Below are positions 12,106-28,064 of a stretch of 64,000 bases of DNA, piece after piece. Numbering within the stretch: position 1 is the first letter of the stretch; every line of letters starts with the position of its first letter. The stretch covers positions 92,387,030-92,451,029 of the forward strand of contig NC_052154.1 in assembly GCF_902713615.1 (NCBI RefSeq), read 5' to 3'. The translations under genes and the position numbers were made by a program. This DNA comes from Scyliorhinus canicula. Taxonomy: Eukaryota. Under the pieces are notes generated by a model. The model worked only from the letters and a program-made list of their open reading frames with translations, searched no databases and had not been told where the DNA came from.

Positions 12106-12420
12106 GGGCAGCACGGTAGCACAAGTGGTTAGCACTGTGGCTTCACAGCGCCAGGGTCCCAGGTTCGATTCCCCGCTGGGTCACAGTCTGTGCGGCATCT
12201 GCACGTTCTCCCCGTGTCTGCGTGGGTTTCCTCCGGGTGCTCCGGTTTCCTCCCACAGTCCAAAGACGTGCAGGTTAGGTGGATTGGCCATGATAAATTG
12301 CCCTTAGTGACCAAAACGGTTAGGAGGGGTTACGGGGATAGGGTGGAAGTGAGGGCTTAAGTGGGTCGGTGCAGACTCGATGGGCTGAATGGCCTCCATC
12401 TGCACTGTATGTTCTCTGTT
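12106..12420 (+). mobile_element. HE1/V-SINE-like SINE, full length
   Basis: Head, core and CR1-like tail (gggctgaatggcctcc...ctgcactgtatg). Confidence 0.9.
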
Positions 12421-12689
12421 TATCTGTGCCCTAGTAATTATCAAATTAATGCCCTCCATCTGTATACATGTAACATTTGTACAATTATCACCAGGGGAAA
12501 TGTTTGTCCTGGATTCCGTTCTGGGGAGAGTCACTGTAGGAAAGGAACCAATTGTTATTATCAAAATGCTTACATCACAGGGAGAAACCAGTTTAGAGAA
12601 TAATTCATGCAAGAGATTCCAGAATCTCCAACCTAATCCATGACATTCAACAAATTTCTGACCAAGTCACTCTCCTGTGCACATAATAA

Positions 12690-14968
<2,279 letters not shown>

Positions 14969-15829
14969 CTGAACACACAGAACATGGGAATCAATAATCA
15001 CCTTTCTGGTTCTCTAGTACAACAAAGCCCCGACACTGTTGACACCGGGCTCAAATCAGCATTTACTGTTATTGATTAACAGCTCTTGGAGATAATCCAA
15101 GGGCTTTACTCACACTCCAAATGTGAGGCAAAGTTGCCATAGTCCCAGATGACCAAAGGCTGTTTCCCCTTTTCATGGAGAGAGCTAACTGATGGTGATT
15201 GGAACACCACACCTCAGGCGAGGGCAAGATAAGAAGGCAGGGCCTTCATGAATAACCTCAGCTGGTACGGGAATTAAAATCATGCTGTTGGCCTCGCTCC
15301 GCATCACGATCCGGCTGTCCAGCCAATTGAACTAAACCGGTCCTGTAATTGTAGGTTGTGTGTGAAGCAATACCTGAAGCTGGAGTCTGGGTTCACCTGA
15401 GAGCTGAGTTACCTGAAAGAGTTCATTCAGCTTTGCTTCAAAGTCAGTTTGGGTCATAATCTCCAATTTATATTCCAAAGCTTGGCACTGGAGTGTTGCT
15501 AAAGCTGATGTGCACAGATGCTGTTTTTCAGTATGACTGCATCCTGAAAGACTAATTGTGTGAAATCAGTTCTGTAAAATTCACCTGACTTTGGGTTGTG
15601 ACTTCACAAGCACTGGGGGAATGACTCAAATTCAGTTCAAGTAACAGGTGAACAGAGGTTGACCAATCGCCACATGGGGCTGAATTTGTATTTGGGACCC
15701 AAAGGTGAAAGCCCGACTGGTACCTTCCCAAAGACTCTGAAACATTCAACTTTCAAACATTGCGTCCCACAAAACACGTTAACCTTTAAAATATCATCAG
15801 AATTATTCTTAGATCACAAAACCAAACAA

Positions 15830-18055
15830 AACCCTTGTTAAACCGTTTCAAGCAGCTTGCTGTCCCGAATACCCTTCCCCCTAGTATTTCTTCACATCTC
15901 CTCTAAACGTCCTGCCCATTACCTTCAATCTAAGTCCCCTGGTTATTGACTCGACCACAAGAGGAAAGGTACCTTCCTATCCACCCTTTCTATGCCCCTC
16001 ATAATTTTATACACCTCAATCCGAACCCTCCTCAGCCTTGTATATTCCCTTGCCACCTGAGTCCACCCAAAATGCATTACGTCTTTTCATGGTTAAACTA
16101 CATTTTCCACTCTTCTGCCCATCTAACCAGCCCATCTATATCATCCTGTAATCTGAGGCCTTTCTCCTCACTATTTACACCACCAATTTTTGTCTCATCT
16201 GCGAACTTACTTATCGTACCTCCTACATTCACATCCAGATCATTAGTGTACACTACAAACAACAAGGGACCCAGCACCGATCCCTGCAGAACACCACTCC
16301 CAGTCAAAAAAACCTTCAACCATCACCTTCTGCCTCCTACCACTAAGCCAGTTTTGGATCCAGTTTGCCAAATTGCCCCGGATCCTATGGGCTCTTACTT
16401 TCTTCACCAGCCTCCCATGCGGGACCTTGTCAAAATCCATACTAAAGCTTATGTAGTCTACATCAACCATACTATCCTTATCTACACACCGAGTCACCTC
16501 CTCAAAAATTTCAATCAAATTTCTAATAAATGATCTCCCCTTGAGAAAACCATGCTGACTACCCTTGATTAATCCTTGACTATCGAAGTGCAAAATAATT
16601 GTCTTCTGATTTTTTTTCCAGTTGTCTCCCTACCACTGAAATGACACTCACTGGCCTGTAATTTCCTGGTTCATCCCTACTTCTCTTGTTGAATAATGGC
16701 ACCATATTAGATGTCCTGCAGTCCTCTGGAACCCCTCCTGTGGCCAGAAAAAAATGTAAAATGTTTGTCAGAGCCGCTGCAATCTCCTCCCTTGCCTCCC
16801 ACAGCAACCTGGGATACATCTCATCTGGCCCCAGGGATTTATCCACTTTTAGGCCCACTAAAGCTGTTAATACCTCCTCCCTCTCAATGTTAAGTCGTTC
16901 AAGTAAATTACAATACACCTCCCTGATTTCTCTGCTGACATCATCCTTCTCCATAGTGAACATGTGCAAAATACTCATTTAAAACCTTACCAATATCTTC
17001 CTGTTCCGCACACAAATTGCCATGTTGGTCCCCTACTCTTAACCTGCTCAACCTTAATACAGTATACTTCTAAAACACCTTTGGACTTTCCTTTATTTTA
17101 CCTGTCAATGCTTTTTCACCACCCCCCCTCTTCACTCCCTAATTTCTTTCTTCAATAATCCCCTGCACTTTCTATATTCTTCTAGGGCTTCTGCTGTTTT
17201 GAGCCCTCGGTATCTGCCACAAGACTCCCTTTTTTCCTTATCCATCCCTGGATATCCCTTGACATCTAGGCTTCTCTGGACTTATTGCTCCCTCCCTTCA
17301 CTATCAGGGGAACATATTGGACCTGTATTCTCTCTATTTCCTTTTTGAATGAATCCCACTGCTCTGATGTAGATTGGCCTACAAGTAGCTGCTCCCAGTT
17401 AAATTTGGACACATCCTATCATATTGTATTAAAATTTGCCCTCCTCAGTGCGGTACGTGACACAGGGGTTAACACTGGGACTGGTGCGCTGAGGACCCAG
17501 GTTCGAATCCCGGCCTTGGGTCACTGTCCATGTGGAGTTTCCAAATTCTCCCCGTGTCTGCGTGGGTTTCACCCCAACAACCCAAAGATGTTCTATGTGC
17601 AGGTTAGGTGGATTGACCATGCTAAATTGCCTCTTAATTGGAAAAATAAATAATTGGGTACTCTAGATTTATAAAAAAAAATTGGCCCTCTAATTAAGAA
17701 CCATAATTTCTGGTCTATCTTTGTCTCTTTCCATAATTACCTTAAATGTTACTGAGCTATGGTCACTGTTTCCAAAATGTTCCCCCACTGAAACGTCATC
17801 CACTTGCCCGGCTTCATTCCCTAAAACTAGATTCAACACTGCCCTCTCCCTTGTCGGATTTTCTACGTATTGGCATAAAAAGCTCTCCTGGGTGCATTTT
17901 AAGAATTCCGCCCCCTCGAAGCCTCTGACACTTTGACTATCCCAGTTAATATTGGGGAAGTTAAAATCCTCTACTATTAGTATCCAATTTTTCTTCCAAT
18001 TCTCAGAGATTTGCTGACATATCTGCCTTCTATCTCTTGCTGGAAATGAAAACAT
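15830..18055 (-). mobile_element. CR1 LINE ORF2 remnant (endonuclease + RT), disrupted
   Basis: DFNFPNINW and GNSDH (EN), NYRPVS, QHGF, QGSVLGP and FADE motifs; SINE inserted at ~17448. Confidence 0.85.
17448..17682 (+). mobile_element. HE1/V-SINE-like SINE
   Basis: B-box ggttcgaatccc, core and A-rich end. Confidence 0.8.
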
Positions 18056-18686
18056 ATCAGAAAAGATTCAACAATGACAGTGGCCCGGATGAGAAGATTC
18101 TTTGGAGTGGAGGATAGGTGCACAAAATATGCGGAAGGACCGGCAAACCATGTCCATATGTTTTTGATATGTCCAAAGCTTAGGGGATTTTAGCAGGGGT
18201 TTACAGACATCATGTCCACGGTGTTAAAAACAAGGGTGGCGCTGAGTCCACAGGTGGCGATTTTCGGGGTGTCAGAAGACCCGGGAATCCAGGAGGAGAA
18301 AAAGGCAGACGTTCTGGCCTTTGCTTCCCTGGTAGCCCGGAGACGGATACTATTAGCATGGAGGGGCTCAAAGTCCCCGAAGTCGGAGACCTGGCTATCG
18401 AATATGGCTAACTTTCTCTGTTTGGAGAAAATCAAGTTCGCCTTGAGAGGGTCACTGTCAGGGTTCAACCAGAGGTGGCAACCGTTCGTCGACTTCTGTG
18501 CGGGAAATTAATCGTCAGCAGACGGGGAAGGGGAGTAGTTTAGATTGGTGTAGAGGTCAATGAAGGTGAGACCTGTACGACAGGTAAATGGCTTTTGCAC
18601 TACGTTTATGGTTTCATGTATATTGTTTATTTTGTTGTTGTTACTATACCAAAAATACCCCAATAAAATGTTTACTTAAAAAAAAA
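18056..18686 (+). mobile_element. L1/Tx1-like LINE 3' end with poly(A)
   Basis: ORF2 C-terminus (ARRRILLAW...WLSNM...LEKIKF...WQPF), then AATAAA and an A-run. Confidence 0.7.
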
Positions 18687-18689
18687 GAA

Positions 18690-19045
18690 AAGATTCAATA
18701 AAATGTTTCCAGGGATGAGGAACTTAAGTTGCATAGTAAGATTGGAGAAATGTTGACTGTTTTTCTTGGACAAGGGAAGTTGAAGAGGATATTTGATGGC
18801 GGTATTCAAAATCATGAGGGATGTGGACAGAACAATTTGGGAGAAACTGTTCCCATTGATCGAAGGAACAAGAACCAGTGGGCTCAGACTTAAGGGAACT
18901 GAACTGAAAAAAGCAAAAAGCAATAACATGAGGAAAAGCTTTTTCATGCAGCCACTTATTTGAATCTGGAATGCACTGTCTGGCAGTCTGATGCAAGCAG
19001 GGTCACCTGAAGCTTTCAAAGGGAACTGGATCATTATTTAAAAAA
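18690..19045 (+). mobile_element. Degraded CR1 3' fragment
   Basis: Similar to other CR1 3' ends. Confidence 0.6.
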
Positions 19046-19551
19046 CAACAAAAACTGCAAGGCTTTATTTTAAATGTACCTTTACATCCACACTGATTTT
19101 CCTTTTGGAGAATAGGGCGGTTGTGGTGGAAGGATTCCTGAATTGATTATCATCCATTCAGTTTTGTTATGAAGGTTCCTTCCATGACCAGTAAGTCCTG
19201 GCAATGCACTTGTACCCGGAGCTCCTGGTCCAGACGTAGGGGCGCTACCACTGTGCCACAAGACTTCCTTGAAAGGCTAATGGGGTGGGGGGGAAAGAGA
19301 GATAAAGGGACAAGGCGAAATGCTCCTTCATAGGACCAGCACAGACACAAAGGTCAAAATAACTGTACATGATTCTATGACTTATATGTATTCAAGTTTG
19401 TTGACAATGCAAAACCAGATGGGATAGTAAGCTGCAATGATGAAGCACACAAGAACCTGGCAGAATATAATGCAGAGAAACATGGATTTATCCAACCAGC
19501 AAAAAAAAAATTGAACAGCAGAATATTTAAAAACAATTAGTATCATTGATC

Positions 19552-19896
19552 ATAGAATTTACAGTGCAGAAGGAGGCCATTCAGCCCATCGAGTCTGCAC
19601 CGGCTCTTGGAAAGAGCACCCTACCCAATGTCAACAACTCTACCCTATCCCCATAACCCAGTAACCCCACCCAACACTAAGGGCAATTTTGGACACTAGG
19701 GGCAATTTATCATGTCCAATCCACCTAACCTGCACATCTTTGGACTGTGGGAGGAAACCGGTGCACCCAGACGAAACCCACGCACACACGGGGAGGATGT
19801 GCAGACTCCACACAGACAGTGACCCAAGCCGGAATCGAACCTGGGACCGTGGAGCTGTGAAGCGATTGTGCTATCCACAATGCTACCGTGCTGCCC
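19552..19896 (-). mobile_element. HE1/V-SINE-like SINE, full length
   Basis: Reverse head, core and tail; near-identical to 36213-36563. Confidence 0.9.
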
Positions 19897-20009
19897 TTTA
19901 CAGTTACAGTTCAGAATTATCCTTATATATGAATCACAGAAACAATTAGGAAAACACATAGAACATATCAGTTGTTGCAAAGGAATTGGAGTATGCTTTT
20001 ATTAGGACC

Positions 20010-20270
20010 ACGTGCGGAGTCTGCACGTTCTCTCCGTGTCTACATGGGTTCCCTCCGGGTGCTCCGGCTTCCTCCCGCTGTCCAAAGATGTGCAGGTTAG
20101 GTCAATTGACCATGCTAAATTGTCCTTAGTGTCCAAAAAGGTTAGATAGGGTTACTGGGTTACGGGGACAGGATGGAGGTGTGGGCTTAATTAGGGTGCT
20201 CTTTTCAAGGGCCGATGCAGATTCAATGGGACGAATGGCCTCCTTCTGCACTGTAAATTCAATGATAGAA
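20010..20270 (+). mobile_element. HE1/V-SINE-like SINE, 5'-truncated
   Basis: Core and tail present. Confidence 0.8.
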
Positions 20271-20289
20271 TTCCTACAGTGCAGAAGGA

Positions 20290-22900
20290 GGCCATTGTAC
20301 TGAGTTGAGCAGTAACAGTGTCCTTCATGGGCAGAGTTGTACCATGTCGTACCAGTGGTAGTTCCATTGGTGTAGTCTTTGTCGTGCTTGCTGTCGGCAA
20401 TGTTGCCTTTGGTACGCGTCGTGTCGTTGTCTTTGATGTGGTTTTCATAGGTTGTGATGTTGTGTCGGTTGGTTTTGTTGCCGTGGTTGCTGCGCTGAAG
20501 GATCACACTCTGTGGATAAAACGAGTCCTTCACACAGTTACTCGTGTCAGCGTGCTTTTTGGCATCTGCTGTTTTCTTGAGTGTGCCGTCACTGAGTTTG
20601 CGGCGCTCCCCATCTGAAGTCATGTCCGGCTTACTTGAATCAGCTTTGGCGTTTGGTTGATCCCCATCTGGAGTCTGGTCTGTTTCACCTGAGTCAGTGT
20701 TGGTTTGTCGATGCTCCCAGTCTGGAGCCTGGTCTGTGTCACCTGAGTCAGTTTTGGTTTGTCGTTGCTCCCCATCCGGAGTCATTTCAGGTTCACTTGA
20801 GTCAGCTCCATTTCAGGAGTCAAAAGATTCAGGAATGCATTTGCTTGTGGAGAGGCTCGAGCGAATGAGGTTTGAAGTAACGTGGTGTTACCGGAGCCAC
20901 CAGTGGTCTCACTTTGATCGTCGAGTGCCTCTGTACACACTAGCTGAGGTCTGTCACATTGTACATCTTGTATGGGAAGTGGGATGCTGTCGTCACTTGT
21001 CTCACATACAGTGGGTCGAGCCTCAGTAGCTTCTTGGTTCACTTGAGCTGGGTAGACCATCAGAGTCTTCAAGTGGCTCAAACAATGTGGGTGGACTGTC
21101 ATAGTCGCTTTGTTGTTCACTGGAGCATGGTAGACTGTCATAGTCTTTCTGTTGTTCAGTTGAGCGTGGCAGACTTGTATCGTCTGCTGCTGATTGCTCA
21201 GAGGAGGTTGCTAGACTCTCATGTTCTTGTTCATGCAAGGACTGTGCTTTGGAGTCTTGCGTTGCTTCTGACGTGGAGGCTGTCCACGAGCTCGCTGTGG
21301 AGGCTTGTGTCACTGGAGTCACTTTCTGTGTGGAGACGTGCAGTTGTCTCACTGTGGAGTCTTTCATCGCTTTCTGTGTAGAGGCTGGGACCCTTTGTGG
21401 TGCGTGGACCACTTTCTGTGTGGCAGCAGGCCACTCTCTGTGGGTTTATACTGCTCTCTGTTTCTTGGTCTCAGGCCGCAGTATAATCCTGCACTCACGA
21501 GTCAGGATGTCATATATGCTGGGCTGAAGATCCTCAAATCCGAAGAACACATCCGCGTCTGTGTTGGATTCGGTACTGGGGTCGCCATCTCGAATGATGA
21601 AACCTTCGTCTGAGTCGTAGTCTTCCAGGACCATATCATCACTTTTTGTCTCGGGCTCGTGATATCCAAAGAAGAAATCAAGGTCGGAGTCGTTGTATTC
21701 AAGGACTGTATCATCTCTTTGGGCGGGGCTAACTGCTTGTTGCAGGGTTCTGCGGAGGTTAATTTCAGCTACTGATCGAATTTCAGGCATTCTGCTGTCG
21801 CTCCAGGTGAAAGAATCTTGTTTTACCGCTTTAATTTTTTTTTCCATGTTTTGGGACATTTCCCCTTTAAGTGGGTGTGGTCTGGGGCCTCTGATGTCAT
21901 GACGCGTGTGACGTAGGTCGTAGGAAGTGATTGGGCATGCTCAAATCGCTGTTCCTTTACTTGGGGCCTTTTTCACCACTGCGCATGTGCAGCACCTTTA
22001 CTAAGCTGGCTGCAATTAAAAACTGCAGATTTCTGCTGCACCTTGTGGTGAGTTTTGGTGCTTCTTTTACCGTTTTTTCTTGTATTCTCCTCGCAGAATT
22101 CTTGGAATTTGTCCAGGACTGCCTGGAAATTGCTCTTGTTTTGCCCCTTTGAGTAGTTGAAGGTCTGGAAGATTTTAGCTGCTTCTGGATCCGCGATGGT
22201 GAGTAGAAGCTTTATTTTCTCTGCATCCGCCACACCATCTAGGACGGACGCTACCAGGTAGATCTCGAATCTCTGCCTGAACCAACACCAGTTTTCACTG
22301 AGATTGCCTTGGTACCTGAGCTGTTGTGGAACCGGAATCCCGAACATCCTCTTGCCTGACTGTTGTTGCTGGTTGTCACTGCTTGCTGAGTTGTAACTAT
22401 ATGGATTGAAACAGCCACTCCTGTGTACCATGTCTCGTTATGCTCTTGGCGTAGCATAAGTGGCTTCCTTGATGTGCACTCTGAAAAAGGAAGGTTCAGA
22501 CGTGGAGATATCTTCAACACGTTTATTGTTCTACTTACAATTCTCCTACTCGGGTTCGTCACTACTGTTAATCCTTCTATAGCTACTCAGACTGACAAAC
22601 CAGTCTGCTACAATCCACGTGGTGGATGTGATCAACCCTGTGTCTGTACACACTGAGTATCTCCACTGGAAAGAGGAAGATCATGTGTGCTGTGTCCTTT
22701 ATATATGGGTTGGTGTAATGCCCCCCTGTGGTCGTGTCACCTCTGTGTGTATCGTGAATGCCCATTGGTTGTGTCCTATCTAACTGACCTATTGGTTGAG
22801 TTTCTGTGTGTCATGTCTCTGGTGCTCCCTCTAGTGTCTAGCTAGTCTACATGTACTTACATTAACCCCTTGTGTATCTACAGTGATGCATATCACCACA
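20290..22900 (-). mobile_element. Truncated, pol-less Gypsy-like LTR element (5' LTR 22431-22900, PBS, gag N-terminus, repetitive ORFs)
   Basis: LTR has TG...CA ends, TATATAAA (~22700) and AATAAA (~22525). The PBS TGGTAcACAGGAGTGG (22415-22430) matches the tRNA-Leu(UAA) 3' end with one extra base. Gag-like peptide PQQLRYQGNLSENW..FRQRFEIYL. Confidence 0.75.
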
Positions 22901-23599
22901 GTGACATGGGCAAGACTGGGGATCTGTCTATAATAAAGGCAAAATACTGCAGATGAGCACCTTCAAACAGTCCACAAGCAAGACTGCAGCCTTCTTGTTA
23001 CTTGCCATTTCAACTCACCATCCTGTGCTAATGTTCACATGTCTATCTTTGGTTAGCTGCAATATTTCAATGAAGCCCAGCACCAAATAAAGGAGCAGCA
23101 CCTCATCTTCTCATTTGGGGCAGTGCGGCTCATGGGACTCAAATTGAGTTCAACAATTTTAGATTATGACCTGTCTTGTCCATCTTGACCTCTTTTTCTC
23201 AATGCAAAAATGTGTTTGACCCAATGCAGCCCCCCTTCCCAACTGGGCCACCTTCCACATGTTCAAAAAAATGTCTTTCACCCAGCACAAACATTTGCTC
23301 TCCTTTAGCACATTCTGCTGTTTTACCTTTAGTTACTATCAACGATTTTTATAATTCTTCACATTGCCATTAACATTCCTTTGTATACAGCCCTGCACAT
23401 CTTTGTTTCAATCTTTCACTGATCAGTGACCTTCTACTTAGCCCCACTCACTCCACATATTCTTGTACAAATCCATCACATTTCTCCCTCTATTTAGCTC
23501 TGAGTAAGCATCATAAAGACTCGAAACATTAACTCTCCACAGTTCTCTCTCCACAGATGCTGCCAGACTTGCAGAGGCTTTCCAGCTTTTACTGTTTTT

Positions 23600-23990
23600 A
23601 TTGCAAGGGATCTGTCTGAATTAGCATTCATGTCGAGAGGGCTAGAATACAAGAGCAGGGATGTACCTCTGAGGTTGTATAAGGCTCTGGTCAGATCCCA
23701 TTTGAATAGGGTAGTTAAGAAGGCATATGGGACAGTTGCCTTTATCAGTCATGGCATAGAATATAAGAGCATGGAGGTTATGTTGGAGCTGTACAAAATG
23801 TTTGTTAGGCTATAGCTGGAGTACTGTTTGCAGCTCTGGTCACCTCACTGCGATTGAATTGGAGTGGGTACAGAGGAGATTGACAAGGGTGTTGCCTGGG
23901 GTGGAGCATCTGAGCTATAACAGGAGGCTGGATAGGCTTGGACTGTTTTCTTTAGAGCAGACAAGGTTGAGGGGGATATGATTGAGCTGT
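23600..23990 (+). mobile_element. Degraded CR1 RT C-terminal fragments
   Basis: LYKALVRSHL and LELYKMFVR motifs. Confidence 0.7.
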
Positions 23991-24559
23991 TTTTGTATTC
24001 TTGAATAGTTTATTTCATATTCTATTTTCCTCTTTCGATCAGCTTTGTTGGTTTGCATAACACCCCATCCTCATTCTTACTACTATTCTTTGCAACATTA
24101 TAAAATTCTTCTTTTAATCTAGTACTATTATTACCTTCCGATTAGGGCAAGATGAATATTTATTGCTGATTTTTTGTATTTTAATGGATTGTATTTCTGT
24201 TGAATATTTTGAATTGTTTTTTAAATAATATACAGAGCGATGAGGTCTTACATTGTCAAACTGTTAGAGGATTTTTGCAGCATTGTAGGCATGCGCTGAG
24301 GGGCAGATCGGAAAATTTACTGCAACCATTTTTACTCACTCAGTAATTAACTTGCAGACTCATACTCTGATAACTTTGCCTTTTTTTGCTCTGCGGCCAG
24401 TAATTTCATTTTAAACCTGTGTGTGTTTGTTTCCTCCTTTTTTCATCAGCATTCTTGCTGCTTTGAACTTCACTGTGTTCCTGTGTCCTCAGTGCCCTCT
24501 CTGCTCTTTTTGAAAGGTTCAAAAATCTATATTTACCCACTTCTATATACTATGTTTCA

Positions 24560-25480
24560 AGTAAAGGTAAAGCTACCATAGTCTCAGATGACCATAGGTC
24601 AGATTGAGAAGGCAGCTGTTCCTGAATAACCTGGATGTTGTCGAGCTTCTTAAGTTTGTTGGAGCTGTATTCATCCAGGAAAGTGAAGAGTGTTCCAATA
24701 CACTCCTGACTTGTGCCTTGTAGATGGTGGACAGCCTTTGTGGGGTCAGGAGATGAATTACCCGCTGTAGTATTCCTGGCCTTTGACCGGCTCTAGTAGC
24801 CACAGTATTAGTATGGCCAGTCTAGCTCAGTTTCTGGTCAATGATAACCCACAGGGTGTTGATTGTGGGGATTCAGCAATGGTAATGCCATGGAGCGATA
24901 GTTAGATCCTCTCTTGTAGGAAATGGTGATTGCCTGGCACTTGTGTGGCGCAAATGTAACTTGCCACTTGACAGCCCAAGCCTGGATATTATCCAGGTCT
25001 TGCTGCATTTGGACATGGGCTGTTTCATTATCTGAGGAGCCGCGAATGGCACTGAACATTGTGCAGTCATCTGCAAACTTCCACACTTCTTGACCTTATG
25101 ATGAAAGGGAGGTCATTGATGAAGCAGCTGAAGATGGTTGGGCCTTGGACAGTACCCTGGGGAACTCCTGTAGTGCCGTCCTGTTGCTGAGATGATTGAC
25201 CTTGACAGCCGCAGCCATCTTCCTTTATGCTAGATAGGACTTCAACCAGCGGAGAGTTTCCCCTCTGATTTCCATTGACTCCAGTTTAGCTAGGGATTCT
25301 TGATACCATATTCGGTCAAATGCTGAATTGGGTTCAAGGACAGTCACTCTCACCTCACTTCTGGCATTCAGCTCTTTTGTGCCTAATTGAACCAATCCTC
25401 AATGTGAAGATGGGGGTTCCTCTCCACAAAATGGTCACTTCTACTGATACTATCATGGAGATGCATCTGCAGCAGGATTT
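24560..25480 (-). mobile_element. CR1-group LINE RT fragment (same family as 32071-35384)
   Basis: FADDCT...QQDLDNIQAWAVKWQVTFAPHKCQ. Confidence 0.8.
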
Positions 25481-26559
25481 TTGGTGAGTGAAGATCACAA
25501 TTTGGACATCCATAAATATTAGATAGTATACTGCAACCATCTTAAAACCTACAGTTCCACCACTTTACCAGGGAAGTTAAATTCTTCAATTCAGACTATG
25601 AAATTGCCACGTCTTACAGATATTGCAGGGACACAATGTGTCTGTGAGAAACCAGTTGTCAGGCAGAGAAACTGCATATGTTACAATTCAAAGTCTATTC
25701 TACGATGTGTAACAAGGTACCATTGTGATGACCCCAGTATGTCTGCTGATAGAAATAGGGGGGGAAATGAATGATGGTGAACCCCAGATATTGGACTACT
25801 GATATCTCTAATTTCGAGAGAACATACATGCCTTTGTAATGATTGGATAGTTTAGTTAAGCATGCAGACCTTAAATATGATTGGTTATTTACTTCGACAT
25901 ACTAATCATGATATGACCTTAATCAATAGTCGTGATTGGACATACATAACTAGTAACAAATTATTGGTGTATGCTAATTTCTTGTAATTGAATCCTGAAG
26001 GATAACTGTCTGTATTCTGATTAAATATGCACTTCTCTGATGTCCCACTTGGAATGCCAGGAGCCCTAGCTATAGCTTGTAATAAAACTGAATCCTTTAC
26101 TACAAGAGTCTTTGTCTGATTTCTCATGAGTGTATGACTGAAGCACACTACGGTCGAATCATTGTATTTTACTCTGCAACAAAAGGCATCAACTTTGTAA
26201 ATCTTTATGTTCAGAATAATTCATACAAGGAACACAGGAAGGTGGCATGCAGCTACAACGAGCAATGAGGAAGGGCAAATGGCATATTTGTTTTTATTGC
26301 CTTGCGATCTTGTGCAAGAACAACAAAGTCTTAATAAATTGTATAGGACCAGACCTGCAGTACTGTGCAGTTTTGGTGTTCATATGTAAACAAGAATATA
26401 CTTCCCCTGGATGTGAAGCAGCAAAGGTTCACTGTATTCACTTCTGGGTTTGGACAGTTTTCCAATGATGAAAGACTTTTAAAATTGGGCCAAACTTTCT
26501 GGTATTTAGAAGAATGAGAGACAATCTCAGTTAAACACACACAATTCTGAATGGTATTT

Positions 26560-27500
26560 TTGAAAAAATATTTTTAAAGAAGAAATGTTTCATTATGACA
26601 AAGTAACACCACACTTTACCACCAATGCATAGAGGTACATTTCAAAAATAACAATCAATACTGAACAACTCCACAAAGCCCAACCCTTCAAACAAATAAC
26701 TAAAAAAAATACAAACAGTAGATGGTGACTACCCCTTTGCAAAAGGAAATGAATAGCTGTCATCAAAAATAGAACACTTCTATTGACCCCTAACAAATGT
26801 ACAGATATAAGATATCCAGATATAAGAACTCCATAAGCCCAACCAGGCTGTGGCACTGGGTGGAGTAGGAGATCTCCACCCAAGCAGAACTCTCCTCCAG
26901 GCTATCAATGAGGCAAAGGTGAGGACATCTGCCTTCAGCCCACTCTGCAGCACCGGTGTGTCCAAAACCCTGAAATGGCCACAAGAGGACAAGGCTCCAG
27001 CTCGATATCAAAAATCTCTGACATGGTGTTCAAGAAGGAGACCCAGAAGCTTTCAAGCTTAGGACATGACCAGAACATGAGTATGATTTGCTGGCTCATA
27101 TCTATCCTGCACCTCCAGGAAAACAAACACATCCTCGCCTTGGTCATTTGTGCACTGTGAGCCACCTTGAACACTCACGTTGAAGTTCCAAGCACATTTT
27201 CAAATTTGCCTGTGGCAATCAAAACACCACTGCTCCAAAGGGGGACCTTTTTTCCAATTTCTCTCTTTACTTAAGGTCAGCTCCTCATAGATTTTTCTTT
27301 AACTTGGAACCTGTTTCTCCGCTCCTTTCTTTTAACAGCTTAACGGAACTTCCACCTGTTCCTGGCTCTGTGACACTTGCTGGCTGATGTGCTCAAACTG
27401 ACTCAATCTGAACTCTATTGCTCTCTGACCGTTGAACTGATCATGAGAAAGATGGAACTTCAGTGAGATTGGTTGGTTCACAATGTGAAAACCATCTGAG
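26560..27500 (-). mobile_element. Degraded L1/Tx1-like LINE 3' region
   Basis: ADVLTFASLIAWRRVLLGW is homologous to 18212-18511. Confidence 0.65.
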
Positions 27501-28064
27501 TGGGTTGTTGAGAAATCCATGGAATCTGTTTTAGTCGCATCTGTGATCTATTTTGTAGTTTGGTGTGTCTGATCATAGTTTTCCTTTTAATTCACATACG
27601 CCTCATACATACCCGAAATGTTACAATATGATACATGCTATAAATAGGTTTATCTTTCCGAACATGGATAGTAAAGATTTTTCTTTTGGCTATTCAAACC
27701 CTATGTAATCTTGTAGTTTGATTAGCTTGGTCGGCACATACCTGTGGATTAAAATTACCCATAATTACTTTGGAGCAGTGGTGTTTTGATTGCCACAGGC
27801 AAACTGTCTTTCTTCTCACACACTTCCTGTATGTGCTGTTCTACAGTATACCTGCTGGGGGGTGGGGGGTAGAGAATGGGAATGTAAATCAAACCCACAA
27901 AGGACTTCTTTCATTATTACTTGTTTCTGATCTGATTTTACATTTTGCTCTCACTCTCACTGCTATTCTAATAGCATTCTTAATGAACACAGCTACCCCA
28001 TCACATTTTTCTAGATATCTCTCTTTTCAAAATGTCAGGTATCCTTCAGTATTCAGGTACCAGT

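Noticed and set aside
20655-21200. Direct repeats as a CRISPR-like array
   Set aside because: Contiguous in-frame 54-bp and 36-bp tandem units without unique spacers, in a vertebrate retroelement.
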